A stretch of 64,000 nt of DNA, taken from assembly GCA_963836235.1 (NCBI GenBank), contig CAWIIP010000002.1:608001-672000 (forward strand). The letters are read 5' to 3'. Source of the DNA: an uncultured Pseudomonadota bacterium. GTDB taxonomy: Bacteria; Oederibacteriota; Muellerivitia; Muellerivitales; Muellerivitaceae. This document shows, piece by piece, positions 1-9,276 of this stretch. The translations under genes were made by a program, and so were the position numbers. Positions within the stretch are counted from its first letter, which is position 1, and each line of letters starts with the position of its first letter. The notes beneath the pieces were generated by a model, which did not search any database, was not told where the DNA came from, and saw only the letters and a list, made by a program, of their open reading frames with translations.

Positions 1-1
1 G

Positions 2-478
2 GTCCGCGTCCGTGGTAGTTCCCCATTTGAAATGAATCTGGTTTGAGGCGTCCGGTTTCGGGGAAACGGAAAACTGAAATACGCCCGGGGTGGAGGTCGC
101 CGTCATGGTGACCGTGGGGGTTTTGGTGGCGGTCTTGGTAATGGTGGGTGTAATGGTGAAGGTCAGCGTAGGGGTTGAAGTAGGTGTGGGTGACAGGGAG
201 GGAGACAAGGTTCCGGTGGGCGTGTAGGTGAAAGTGCCGGTTATCGTCGGGCTAGCCGTTAGAGTGGCGGTGGATGTCGGAGTCGGTGTCACATGTGGAG
301 AAAGGGTACCTGTGGGAGTAACGAGGGCCGTAAAAGTATTCGTCGCAGTAAAGGTAAAAGTGGCAGTAGCTGTGTTGGAGGGAATCGGTGTCACGGCTTG
401 GGCCGGCGATGGCTCGAAGGCGCTTCCCCAAAAAGCGACCGTTACCAAAAATGCGGCCCACCAAAATAATTTCTTCAT
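2..478 (-). CDS. Secreted Thr/Pro/Ser-rich protein, 5' part (runs off the window edge)
   Basis: ATG at 478 just after the leuB stop; manual translation [46 protein letters not shown]...TPTPTSTAT...: signal peptide then T-x repeats; not in ORF track. Confidence 0.8.
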   Translation of the reverse strand, partial: MKKLFWWAAFLVTVAFWGSAFEPSPAQAVTPIPSNTATATFTFTATNTFTALVTPTGTLSPHVTPTPTSTATLTASPTITGTFTYTPTGTLSPSLSPTPTSTPTLTFTITPTITKTATKTPTVTMTATSTPGVFQFSVSPKPDASNQIHFKWGTTTDAD

Positions 479-483
479 CGGTT

Positions 484-1554
484 CTATTTCACTTCCCGGA
501 CGACAGCGTCTCCCATTTCTTGGCAGGACACCGCTTTCTCGCCCCCCTTCACTAAATCCGCCGTGCGAAGCCCGGCATTCAGGACCGTTTCGACCGCCTT
601 CTCCACGGCCTCGGCTTCTTTTAGACGCTTGAAACTGTATTGAAGCATCATGGCCACCGACAAAATCATCGCCAGGGGATTGGCCTTGCCGGTTCCCGCG
701 ATATCCGGAGCCGACCCATGGGAAGGCTCGTAAAGCCCGACTTTGCCTCCGATTGAGGCTGAGGGCAGCATCCCCAGTGAGCCGGTGAGCATCGAGGCCT
801 CATCCGAAAGGATATCGCCGAACATATTGGTGGTCACCATAACGTCGAAGGATTTGGGTTTGAGGATAAGCTGCATGGCTGCGTTGTCCACGATCTGGTG
901 CTCGAAAGCCACGTCCGGGTGCTTTTTGGAGACTTCTTCAGCCACGTCGTGCCAAAGCCGGGAGGATTCCAGCACATTGAATTTATCCACGCTGGTTACT
1001 TTCTTGCGGCGTAACTTGGCCAGTTCAAAGGCCAGCCCCACAATTCGCTCGACTTCGGGTGTCCGGTAGATTTCGGTGTTAACCCCGTAACGGTCCTTCC
1101 CTTCTCCGAAGATGCCCCGGGGCTCGCCGAAGTAAATGCCCGAGATGAGCTCCCGAACGATCAGCATGTCCACCCCATCGATCACCTCGGCTTTCAGGGT
1201 GGAGGCATCCTTGAGGGCGTCGAAAAGCTTTACCGGGCGCAAGTTGGCGTAAAGGTCCAGACCCTTGCGAAGACCGAGAATCCCCGCTTCGGGCCGCTTT
1301 TTGTTTTCGATCTTGTCCCACTTGGGCCCGCCCATCGGAGCCTTGAGGACCGCTTGGGCCGCCAAACAGGCTTTCAAGGTATGGTCAGGCAGCGGAGTAT
1401 CGAACTTATCGATGGCGATCCCACCCGCGTCCTGGGCCTCGTATTCGAACTTATGGCCGAACACTTCCCCGACACGGTTAAGGACCTTCTTGGATTCCTC
1501 ACAGATTTCCGGACCGATCCCGTCCCCAGCCAATACGACGATGTGGAAGTTCAT
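484..1554 (-). CDS. leuB: 3-isopropylmalate dehydrogenase
   Basis: [36 protein letters not shown] motifs. Confidence 0.97.
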   Translation of the reverse strand: MNFHIVVLAGDGIGPEICEESKKVLNRVGEVFGHKFEYEAQDAGGIAIDKFDTPLPDHTLKACLAAQAVLKAPMGGPKWDKIENKKRPEAGILGLRKGLDLYANLRPVKLFDALKDASTLKAEVIDGVDMLIVRELISGIYFGEPRGIFGEGKDRYGVNTEIYRTPEVERIVGLAFELAKLRRKKVTSVDKFNVLESSRLWHDVAEEVSKKHPDVAFEHQIVDNAAMQLILKPKSFDVMVTTNMFGDILSDEASMLTGSLGMLPSASIGGKVGLYEPSHGSAPDIAGTGKANPLAMILSVAMMLQYSFKRLKEAEAVEKAVETVLNAGLRTADLVKGGEKAVSCQEMGDAVVREVK

Positions 1555-1567
1555 GCGCTACCCCTAT

Positions 1568-1601
1568 AAATAAAAGAGGCCGGGGGTTTCCCCGGCCTCT
1601 T
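1568..1601 (-). terminator. Intrinsic terminator-like hairpin after leuA
   Basis: Minus strand GAGGCCGGGG-AAAC-CCCCGGCCTC followed by TTTTATTT. Confidence 0.75.
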
Positions 1602-1614
1602 GGTTTTAACTTGT

Positions 1615-3198
1615 TTAAAGCTTCAAGCCCTTTTGAATGTCAAACGCCGCCTTGGCGCTCTTGGTCTTGTGCTTCAACAAAAGCTTGTTGACCGCGCTCA
1701 AATAGGCCTTGGCTGACGCCTCGATGACGTCGGTGGAAACTCCCCGGCCATGGGCCTCGTCCCCGTTGGTGGTGACGGACACCGTCACCTCGCCCTGGGC
1801 GTCCCGGCCTTGGGTGAGGGCTTTCAAGGAATAGTTTTCCAGCTTGCCCTTGAAGCCGGTGGCCCGGTCGATGGCGTTGAAAACCGCGTCCACCGGCCCG
1901 TCCCCCGTGGCCGCCTCGTGGCTTTCAACAACCCCTTTTTTGACCTTCAAGGTGGCCGTTGGCAAAGTAGTGGTACCCGCCGAGGTATGGAGATAGGTCA
2001 GGTGGTAAATCTCCTCGGATGCGGCGATCCTCTCTTCGATCAGGGCCTCGATATCCTCGTCATAGACGCTTTTCTTCTTGTCCGCCAGGTCTTTGAACTT
2101 GGCGAAAAGGCCGTCGATGGCTTCCGGCGAAAGGTTGTATCCCAGGCTTTCCAGGCGGGTCTTGAAGGCGTGGCGGCCTGAGTGTTTGCCCAACACCAAT
2201 CGGCTCTCCGACACCCCGATTTCCTGCGGCGTCATGATTTCGTAATTCTGGCGGTACTTGAGCATGCCGTCCTGGTGGATGCCGCTCTCATGGGCGAAGG
2301 CGTTGCTGCCCACGATGGCCTTGTTGGGCTGGATCATGAAGCCCGTCAGGGTCGAGACCAGGCGGCTGGCCTTGTAGATTTCCTGGGTGTCGATGCCGGT
2401 CTGGTAGGGGTAGAGGTCGTGCCGGGTCTTCAGGACCATGACGATCTCTTCCAGGCTGGCGTTGCCCGCCCTTTCTCCGATTCCGTTGATGGTACATTCT
2501 ACCTGTCGGGCCCCGCTGCGGATGGCCGAGAGAGAGTTGGCCACCGCTAGCCCTAAGTCGTTATGGCAATGCACCGAGATGACGGCCTTGCTGATGTTGG
2601 GCACCCGGTTCTTCAGGGTGGCGACCATGTGGCCATATTCGGTGGGAATAGCATAACCTACCGTATCGGGCACATTGACTGTTGTAGCCCCGCTCTTGAT
2701 GGCCGCCTCGATCATGCGACAGAGGTAGTCCAAGTCGGAGCGAGAGGCATCCTGGGCCGAGAACTCCACATCGTCGCTGAAGCGCCGGGCATACTTGACT
2801 GCGTCCACCACGGCGGCCAGGGCTTCCTCCCTGCTTTTGCGAAACAGGTGCTTAAGATGGATGTCAGAGGAAGAGATGAAGGTATGAATGCGCATGCGCT
2901 TGGCGGGTTTCAGCGCCTTGGCGCAGGCGTCGATATCCTTGCGCATGGCACGGCTGAGGCCGGCGATGACGGTTTTCTTAAGGGTCTTAGCGATCTTTTG
3001 CACGGCCTCAAAGTCGCCCGGCGAGGCCGCCGGGAAACCCGCCTCAATGATGTCCACACCCAGCTTTTCCAGCTGGACGGCGACCTTCATTTTTTCCTCG
3101 GTATTCAGGCTGGCGCCCGGCGCTTGTTCCCCATCGCGCAGGGTGGTGTCGAAAATATAAACGCGGTCTGCTTTGTTGCTGCTGTTTTGGGTTTTCAT
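1615..3198 (-). CDS. leuA: 2-isopropylmalate synthase
   Basis: DTTLRDGEQ, HCHNDLG, GIGERAGN, HESGIHQDG and C-terminal regulatory domain GDGPVDA. Confidence 0.97.
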   Translation of the reverse strand: MKTQNSSNKADRVYIFDTTLRDGEQAPGASLNTEEKMKVAVQLEKLGVDIIEAGFPAASPGDFEAVQKIAKTLKKTVIAGLSRAMRKDIDACAKALKPAKRMRIHTFISSSDIHLKHLFRKSREEALAAVVDAVKYARRFSDDVEFSAQDASRSDLDYLCRMIEAAIKSGATTVNVPDTVGYAIPTEYGHMVATLKNRVPNISKAVISVHCHNDLGLAVANSLSAIRSGARQVECTINGIGERAGNASLEEIVMVLKTRHDLYPYQTGIDTQEIYKASRLVSTLTGFMIQPNKAIVGSNAFAHESGIHQDGMLKYRQNYEIMTPQEIGVSESRLVLGKHSGRHAFKTRLESLGYNLSPEAIDGLFAKFKDLADKKKSVYDEDIEALIEERIAASEEIYHLTYLHTSAGTTTLPTATLKVKKGVVESHEAATGDGPVDAVFNAIDRATGFKGKLENYSLKALTQGRDAQGEVTVSVTTNGDEAHGRGVSTDVIEASAKAYLSAVNKLLLKHKTKSAKAAFDIQKGLKL

Positions 3199-3218
3199 TT
3201 TGTTCTCCTAAAGGCTGT

Positions 3219-4106
3219 TTAGGGGTTGGTAACGGGGTTGAGCTGCTTGGGTTTTTTTGGTTTCAATTTTTCGACGCTTTTTTTAGTGAGATATTGGGCG
3301 ATACCCCACAAGAGATAGATGGTCAAAAGGGTAAAGGCCGTGAATTCGGCGGCCTTGATGAGCCAAAAGATCACCAGGCCTATGAAGGCCAGGGTCCAGG
3401 GTTTGACGGATTCGAGCTTCAGCTTTTTCAGGCTGGGATAGGGGATGGTGGAAATCATCACCAGGGCGATGATCACGGTCAGAATCGGGATTCCATAGAG
3501 TTCTATATAACTCAGATTTTCCTCATACCACCCCATGACTTTGTTCATAAAAATGCCTTTGCCGTACCATCCTTCCCAGCGGGACAGGAGGATATAGCTA
3601 GCCAGGATGCCCGCCGCCGCCGGGCTGGGCAGGCCCATAAAATGGCTCTTTTCCTCCACCTGGGCCTGGACGTTGAAACGGGCTAGGCGGATGGCGGCAC
3701 AAACCACATAAAATACCGTGATGGAAATGCCCCAAACGTTCAGGTAACGCAGGACGGACAGGTAAATGAGGATGGCGGGCGCCATGCCGAAGCTCACCAG
3801 GTCGGAGAGGCTGTCGAACTCCATGCCGAACTTGCTGGTGGTGCCCGTGGCACGGGCCACCATTCCGTCGAAGAAATCGGCGAAGGTCGCGATGATGATG
3901 AGCTCCGCTGGAAGAACGAAGGGGATAGTATTGGTCTCGGCGGCCAGGGAAAGAGTCAGAGAGTCGTTGATGCCATAGGCGATGGCTAATATGCCCAGGA
4001 CCATGTTCCCCGCCGTAAAGAGGTTTGGAAGCAGGTAAATGGTCTTGCGAAACCTGGACTTGGCCGGCCTATTCTCATTATCTTGTTTATATTTCAAAGC
4101 TACCAT
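3219..4106 (-). CDS. pssA: CDP-diacylglycerol--serine O-phosphatidyltransferase
   Basis: LPNLFT, DFFDGMVAR...G...DSLSDLVSFG CDP-alcohol phosphotransferase motif, RLARFN, F.GLPSP; adjacent to psd. Confidence 0.93.
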   Translation of the reverse strand: MVALKYKQDNENRPAKSRFRKTIYLLPNLFTAGNMVLGILAIAYGINDSLTLSLAAETNTIPFVLPAELIIIATFADFFDGMVARATGTTSKFGMEFDSLSDLVSFGMAPAILIYLSVLRYLNVWGISITVFYVVCAAIRLARFNVQAQVEEKSHFMGLPSPAAAGILASYILLSRWEGWYGKGIFMNKVMGWYEENLSYIELYGIPILTVIIALVMISTIPYPSLKKLKLESVKPWTLAFIGLVIFWLIKAAEFTAFTLLTIYLLWGIAQYLTKKSVEKLKPKKPKQLNPVTNP

Positions 4107-4786
4107 TACAGTTCTCCGATGACCGTCACGCCCGCCCTCACTTGGTCTCCCAGCTTGACGGCTGGCTTAAATCCCTTGGGCAGAAAAAGATCAACTCGTG
4201 ATCCCAACAGGATTCGCCCGATTCTTTTACCCCGTTCGATGACATTGCCTTTATCCGGCGTGGTTTTAACCCGCCGGCACAATAAACCCGCTATTTGCTT
4301 AATGACGATCCGGCCCATGGCTTTACCTTTTTTACCGGGGGCTTTCAAATCCATAACCAAATGGGCCTGTTCGTTCACCAGGTCCGCCTTGTCGTCGTAA
4401 GCCGCCAAAAACTCGCCCGGGTAGTAAACCTTTTTCACCACCTTGCCGTCATAGGGCGCCCTTTGCACATGGTTGTTCAACGGATTCATGAAGATCGCGA
4501 TATGAACCGAAGGCTTCTTCAGATAAAACTTTTCGGTCGCCGTCTTTAAAACAACCACCTTGCCATCCGCCGGACTCAAAACTTCTTTGGGTTTGAGCGC
4601 CCCCTGGGGGCTGCGCTCAAAATCCCTGAAAAAATTCAGGATCAAGGCCGCGATCACCAGTACCGCGACTCCCAAAATAACCAGCGCCCAGCAACCCCAA
4701 TGGGCCCCTGCCAGAAGCAAAGCCCAGCCTACCGCCAAGGCGGGAAGGAACAGGCTCCAGGTTTCCGGCATAAAGGGCAGTTTCAT
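4106..4786 (-). CDS. psd: Phosphatidylserine decarboxylase proenzyme
   Basis: FFRD, SPADGKV, IFM..N.H.QRAP, QIAG, LGSRVD self-cleavage site. Confidence 0.93.
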   Translation of the reverse strand: MKLPFMPETWSLFLPALAVGWALLLAGAHWGCWALVILGVAVLVIAALILNFFRDFERSPQGALKPKEVLSPADGKVVVLKTATEKFYLKKPSVHIAIFMNPLNNHVQRAPYDGKVVKKVYYPGEFLAAYDDKADLVNEQAHLVMDLKAPGKKGKAMGRIVIKQIAGLLCRRVKTTPDKGNVIERGKRIGRILLGSRVDLFLPKGFKPAVKLGDQVRAGVTVIGEL

Positions 4787-5776
4787 TTATTTTTTCATCC
4801 AGCTAAACATGCTACGCACTTGTTTGCCCACCTTCTCGACGATATGTTCGGAGTCGAGCTTCAACACCGAATTGTAAACCGGGCGGTTGGCCTGGTTTTC
4901 CAACACAAACTCCCGGGCAAACATCCCCGTTTGGATTTCGCTGAGGATTCGGCGCATTTCATTGCGGGTTTGTTCCGTAATGATGCGGCGGCCCCGGGTG
5001 ATATCGCCATACTTGGCAGTGGTCGAAATAGCCTCCCGCATGCCTGTGATACCTTTCTCGTAGATCAAATCGACGATGAGCTTGACCTCGTGAAGGCATT
5101 CGAAATAAGCCACTTCGGGCTGGTAACCGGCGGCCACCAGGGTGTCAAACCCGGCGCGGATCAGTTCGGACAATCCGCCGCAGAGGACCACCTGTTCGCC
5201 GAAGAGATCAGTCTCGGTTTCTTCCTTGAAGGTCGTTTCCAAAACCCCGGCGCGGGTGGCGCCGATGGCCTTGCCATAGGCCAGGGCCAGCTTCAGGGCG
5301 TTGCCCGTGGCGTTCTGATGGATGGCGACCAGGGCCGGAACGCCCTTCCCTTCGACATAAGTCGTGCGAACCAAATGGCCGGGGCCCTTGGGGGCGATCA
5401 TGAACACGTCCACGTCCGCCGGAGGCACGATCTGGCCGAAATGAATGTTGAACCCGTGGGAGAACATCAGGGCCTTGCCCGCCTTGAGCGAGGGCAGAAC
5501 GTCGGCTTTATAAAGCGAACCCTGCAGGTCGTCCTGGATGAGGATCTGGATGATATCGGCTTTGGCGGCGGCTTCCTTGGAATCAAAAGCCTCGAAGCCG
5601 TCGGCCTTGGCCTGGGCTTTGGTTTTATCGGAACGGGTTCCGATGACTACCTTGATCCCCGAATCCTTCAAGTTCAGGGCCTGGTTGCGGCCCTGGTTGC
5701 CATAGCCGAGGACGGCCAGGGTCTTGCCTTTCAACGCGTTGATGTCGGCGTCCTGCTCGTAATAAATCTTAGCCAT
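4787..5776 (-). CDS. ilvC: Ketol-acid reductoisomerase
   Basis: [31 protein letters not shown]. Confidence 0.97.
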   Translation of the reverse strand: MAKIYYEQDADINALKGKTLAVLGYGNQGRNQALNLKDSGIKVVIGTRSDKTKAQAKADGFEAFDSKEAAAKADIIQILIQDDLQGSLYKADVLPSLKAGKALMFSHGFNIHFGQIVPPADVDVFMIAPKGPGHLVRTTYVEGKGVPALVAIHQNATGNALKLALAYGKAIGATRAGVLETTFKEETETDLFGEQVVLCGGLSELIRAGFDTLVAAGYQPEVAYFECLHEVKLIVDLIYEKGITGMREAISTTAKYGDITRGRRIITEQTRNEMRRILSEIQTGMFAREFVLENQANRPVYNSVLKLDSEHIVEKVGKQVRSMFSWMKK

Positions 5777-5828
5777 TTCCTTCTCCTTGTTTTTGATGTG
5801 CCTTTAGGATTACTGCCAACTGCTTTTT

Positions 5829-6371
5829 TTAGAGATTCGACTGCCCTGCTTTTCCCGCCTTGACCTTCACTTTTTTTTCTTCTTCCTCATGGACCTTCTT
5901 GCCCCGAGAGATCGCCACTTCGCCGGTACGGACCAGTTCCAAAATGCCATAGTTGCTCAAGAGCTCGACCATGGCGTTGATTTTGCTTTCCTTGCCTGTG
6001 ACCTCGACGATGAAGCTCTTCAGGGCCACATCCACGATCTTGCCGTCGAAGCACTGGACGATTTCCATGACCTGGCTTCGCGTATGGGCTTCCGCTCGCA
6101 CTTTGATCAGGGCCAGGTCCCGACCGATGAAATCCTCATGGGTCAGGTCGATGACCTTGATGACGTCGATCAGTTTGTTCAGCTGTTTTTCCACCTGGTC
6201 AATGATCCGCTCGTCGCCCCTCACCACGATGGTGATGCGGGAAACTTTGGGGTCATCCGTCACGCCCACCACCAGGCTGTCGATGTTATAGCCCCGGGCC
6301 GAAAAGAGGTTGGAAACACGGGACAAGACTCCCGCGTGATTGTTCACTAAAACCGAAATTGTGTGTCGCAT
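5829..6371 (-). CDS. ilvN: Acetolactate synthase small (regulatory) subunit
   Basis: ACT domain N.AGVLSRVS.LFS.RGYNI.SL, KQLNKLIDV. Confidence 0.95.
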   Translation of the reverse strand: MRHTISVLVNNHAGVLSRVSNLFSARGYNIDSLVVGVTDDPKVSRITIVVRGDERIIDQVEKQLNKLIDVIKVIDLTHEDFIGRDLALIKVRAEAHTRSQVMEIVQCFDGKIVDVALKSFIVEVTGKESKINAMVELLSNYGILELVRTGEVAISRGKKVHEEEEKKVKVKAGKAGQSNL

Positions 6372-6386
6372 AAGTTTTCCTTTCTC

Positions 6387-8150
6387 TTACAGGTGGACTT
6401 GGGTTGGTTTTTTGGGCCCTTTTTGGGACCGGGCTTCCATCACTTTTTCCATTTGGTGGGCCTTGGAAAGGACGATGTCCTTCACCGCCCCGCCCGCCGG
6501 AACCATGGGATAAACATGTTCTTCGGCGTCCACGACCACGTCCACGATGCAGGGGCCCTTTTTCGTCAGGGCTTCTTCCAACACCTTACTCGTGTCCTTG
6601 GGAGTCTCAGCGCGGTATCCCGCGATGCCATAGGCCTCGGCCAGCTTCACGAAATCCGGCTGGGCCGGGATCGAGGTGGAGGCGTAGCGCTTGTCGAAAA
6701 AGAGGTCTTGCCACTGCTTGACCATGCCCATGAACTTGTTGTTGATGATGATGACCTTCACATTGAGCTCGTACTCCTTGACGATGGCTAGTTCCTGCAG
6801 GGTCATCTGGAAGCTCCCGTCCCCTGCCACGTCCACGACCGTGGCGCCGGGGTGGGCAAAGGCCGCCCCGATGGCGGCCGGAAAACCGAAACCCATCGTG
6901 CCCAACCCGCCAGAAGTCAGCCAACGGCGGGGCTTGTTGAACTTGTAATACTGCGCCGCCCACATCTGGTGCTGGCCCACTTCGGTGGCAATATAGGCGT
7001 CGCCCTTGGTGATGCGGTATATCTCGTCGATGGCAAATTGGGGCAACACTGGACCTTTGGGATCCTGTTGATAACCCAAGGGATGATTCACATGCCAGTT
7101 ATCGAGTTCTTCGTACCAGGCCTCGTATTCCTTGGAACCGACCTTTTTAGCGAGATCCTTCAGGATGAAACGCATATCCCCCAGCACGTGGGCGTCCACT
7201 TTGACATTCTTGCCAATCGAGGTAGGGTCCACATCGATGTGGGCCTTTTTGGAATGGGGCGAGAACTCGCTGAGCTTACCCGTCACCCGGTCGTCAAACC
7301 GGCTGCCGATGGCCAACAGGAGGTCGCAATGGGTGAGGGCCATATTGGCGCGGTAGGAACCGTGCATCCCCAGCATATCGATGAACTGCCGGTCGGTGGC
7401 CGGATAGGCGCCCAGGCCCATCAGGGTCAAGGTGACCGGGATATTGGTTTTGCGGGCGAACTTGTAGAGTTCTTCCGAGGCCCCGGCATTGACCACCCCA
7501 CCACCGGCGTAAATCAGGGGCTTCTTGGCATGCTTGATCAACTCGGCGATCTTGTCGATCTGGCTGATATCGGGCGTCGGAACGAACTTGGACAGGGGAA
7601 TGGAAGCCTTGTCCGGTATTTCCACTTCCGCGGAAGCCGCGGCAATGTCCTTGGGAATATCCACCAAAACGGGCCCAGGCCTTCCCGTGCGGGCGATGAA
7701 GAAGGCGTCCCTCATAATCTGCGGCAGTTCCTGGATGTTCTTGACCAGGTAATTGTGCTTGGTACAGGACCGGGTGATCCCCACCACATCCGCTTCCTGG
7801 AATCCGTCTGTTCCAATGAGGGCCGTGGGCACTTGGCCCGTAATGGCGACCAGGGGAACCGAATCCATATAAGCGTCGGCTAGGCCGGTCACAATGTTGG
7901 TGGCGCCAGGACCGGACGTAACGACGCAAACCCCCACCTTTCCGGTGGACTTGGCAAAACCCTCCGCCATATGCACCGCGCCTTGTTCGTGGCGGGTGTC
8001 GATGAGCTTGATTTTGTCCCGGTTCAAATAAAGGGCGTCATACACGGGCAAAATGGCCCCGCCCGTCACGCCCCAGGCCATGGTCACGCCTTCATCAAGC
8101 AGGATCTCCACGATCATTTGCGCCCCGGTTTTCAGTTTAGTCTTTGCCAT
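6387..8150 (-). CDS. ilvB: Acetolactate synthase large subunit
   Basis: RHEQGA, TSGPGATN, RFDDRVTG, SGGLGTMG, GDGSFQM TPP motif. Confidence 0.97.
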   Translation of the reverse strand: MAKTKLKTGAQMIVEILLDEGVTMAWGVTGGAILPVYDALYLNRDKIKLIDTRHEQGAVHMAEGFAKSTGKVGVCVVTSGPGATNIVTGLADAYMDSVPLVAITGQVPTALIGTDGFQEADVVGITRSCTKHNYLVKNIQELPQIMRDAFFIARTGRPGPVLVDIPKDIAAASAEVEIPDKASIPLSKFVPTPDISQIDKIAELIKHAKKPLIYAGGGVVNAGASEELYKFARKTNIPVTLTLMGLGAYPATDRQFIDMLGMHGSYRANMALTHCDLLLAIGSRFDDRVTGKLSEFSPHSKKAHIDVDPTSIGKNVKVDAHVLGDMRFILKDLAKKVGSKEYEAWYEELDNWHVNHPLGYQQDPKGPVLPQFAIDEIYRITKGDAYIATEVGQHQMWAAQYYKFNKPRRWLTSGGLGTMGFGFPAAIGAAFAHPGATVVDVAGDGSFQMTLQELAIVKEYELNVKVIIINNKFMGMVKQWQDLFFDKRYASTSIPAQPDFVKLAEAYGIAGYRAETPKDTSKVLEEALTKKGPCIVDVVVDAEEHVYPMVPAGGAVKDIVLSKAHQMEKVMEARSQKGPKKPTQVHL

Positions 8151-8320
8151 CGTTATCTCCCTTAAGGTCCACGCCCTTTTTCAGGCGTGAAAGACTCAGA
8201 TTTTACAATAATTACTGGCTTTTTCGAGGGTTAAACAGGGTGAAAAGTCCCTTCGAACCTGAAAAAAGCCTTATAAACCCATGTTTAGGGGATCGTCGCT
8301 TGGGCGGGACATTCGCGGAT

Positions 8321-8365
8321 AAAAAAAAAGCCGCGGTGGCCCGTTTGAAGCGGGCCCCGCGGCTT
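8321..8365 (-). terminator. Attenuator terminator of the ilv-leu leader
   Basis: Minus strand AAGCCGCGG-GGCCCG-CTTCAAA-CGGGCC-A-CCGCGGC followed by 9 T. Confidence 0.88.
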
Positions 8366-8376
8366 GGTAGCCGTCT

Positions 8377-8454
8377 TTAGGAGCGAACCGCCTCCGGACG
8401 CAATACGAGTACCAATACCAAAAGAACTGGATTCATTGCGTTTCCGAAGGTCAT
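8377..8454 (-). CDS. ilv operon leader peptide (25 aa, MTFGNAMNPVLLVLVLVLRPEAVRS)
   Basis: SD AGGAG 6 nt before ATG 8454; run of nine Val/Leu codons; directly upstream of the terminator. Confidence 0.88.
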   Translation of the reverse strand: MTFGNAMNPVLLVLVLVLRPEAVRS

Positions 8455-8488
8455 GAAAAGCTCCTAAAAAAATAACTGCTTGGCCGAA

Positions 8489-8517
8489 ACTATACTCAGC
8501 GGTGAACCGCTTGTCAA
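8489..8517 (-). promoter_or_regulatory. Sigma70-type promoter of the ilv leader
   Basis: TTGACA (8517-8512), 17 nt spacer, TATAGT (8494-8489). Confidence 0.85.
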
Positions 8518-8534
8518 GCGGTGTAACGACAAGG

Positions 8535-9233
8535 CTAGTTGGCGAAAAAATGCAGCAAACACCATATCAGTCCGAGGACAATCACCCATGCCGCGAAAGA
8601 GTTTTTAAAATCGTCCCACCAAATCATTCCTTTTGTATCGGACAGATAACGCTTAAACCGTCCTAAAAAGTAAATGAGGGGCGGTAAAAGAATGACCAGG
8701 ATGATCGCAATGAGCACAGCTTCATTTTGAAATTCCTGGTGCTTCAACATTTTCAAGGCTAAAAATAGCGTGATCAAAACCATCATCGATTGGGCGACCC
8801 AAAAACTGACATATTCCAAAAGATGGGGTGGCAGTTGAAATAGTTTGGTCTGCCAGGAATGGTCCGAAATTAAAGAAGTGTCATCCTCGTCCGAAAGTCT
8901 GGTTCCGCACCGGTAACAAAATTTAACCGTCTTTCCTTTGGAAAATAAGCTTTGGTTTAAAATCGCATTCTTATGTTCGCAGGATTGGACGATCCAGCCG
9001 ATGGAGATCGAGAACCAAACACTGAGGGCGATTTGGAGCAATAACCCGATCCAAACGAATTGATAATCATAATTGCTGGAAATCACCGTCAAGGATAGGT
9101 TTAAGAAAATAAACCAGTACCAGGGTTCGAGCAAGCGGATATGCCGTATATCGTCGGAAGTCTCCAGGAAAAATCTCCACGCTTTCGAAATCAGTAAAAT
9201 CAAAACAATCAAGATCACGAAAGTTAGAATCAT
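8535..9233 (-). CDS. Hypothetical multi-pass membrane protein with possible Zn ribbon
   Basis: About six hydrophobic segments; C-x-H...CYRCG in a central loop; SD-like GTGGGG. Confidence 0.7.
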   Translation of the reverse strand: MILTFVILIVLILLISKAWRFFLETSDDIRHIRLLEPWYWFIFLNLSLTVISSNYDYQFVWIGLLLQIALSVWFSISIGWIVQSCEHKNAILNQSLFSKGKTVKFCYRCGTRLSDEDDTSLISDHSWQTKLFQLPPHLLEYVSFWVAQSMMVLITLFLALKMLKHQEFQNEAVLIAIILVILLPPLIYFLGRFKRYLSDTKGMIWWDDFKNSFAAWVIVLGLIWCLLHFFAN

Positions 9234-9276
9234 ATTTCCCCACCTTTAAATCATGGTTTTGGGATGGAAAATTTCT

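Noticed and set aside
228-7883. Long plus-strand ORFs such as 228-632, 4700-5863 (387 aa) and 6852-7883 (343 aa)
   Set aside because: Antisense shadows of GC-rich minus-strand genes, with no motifs or SDs
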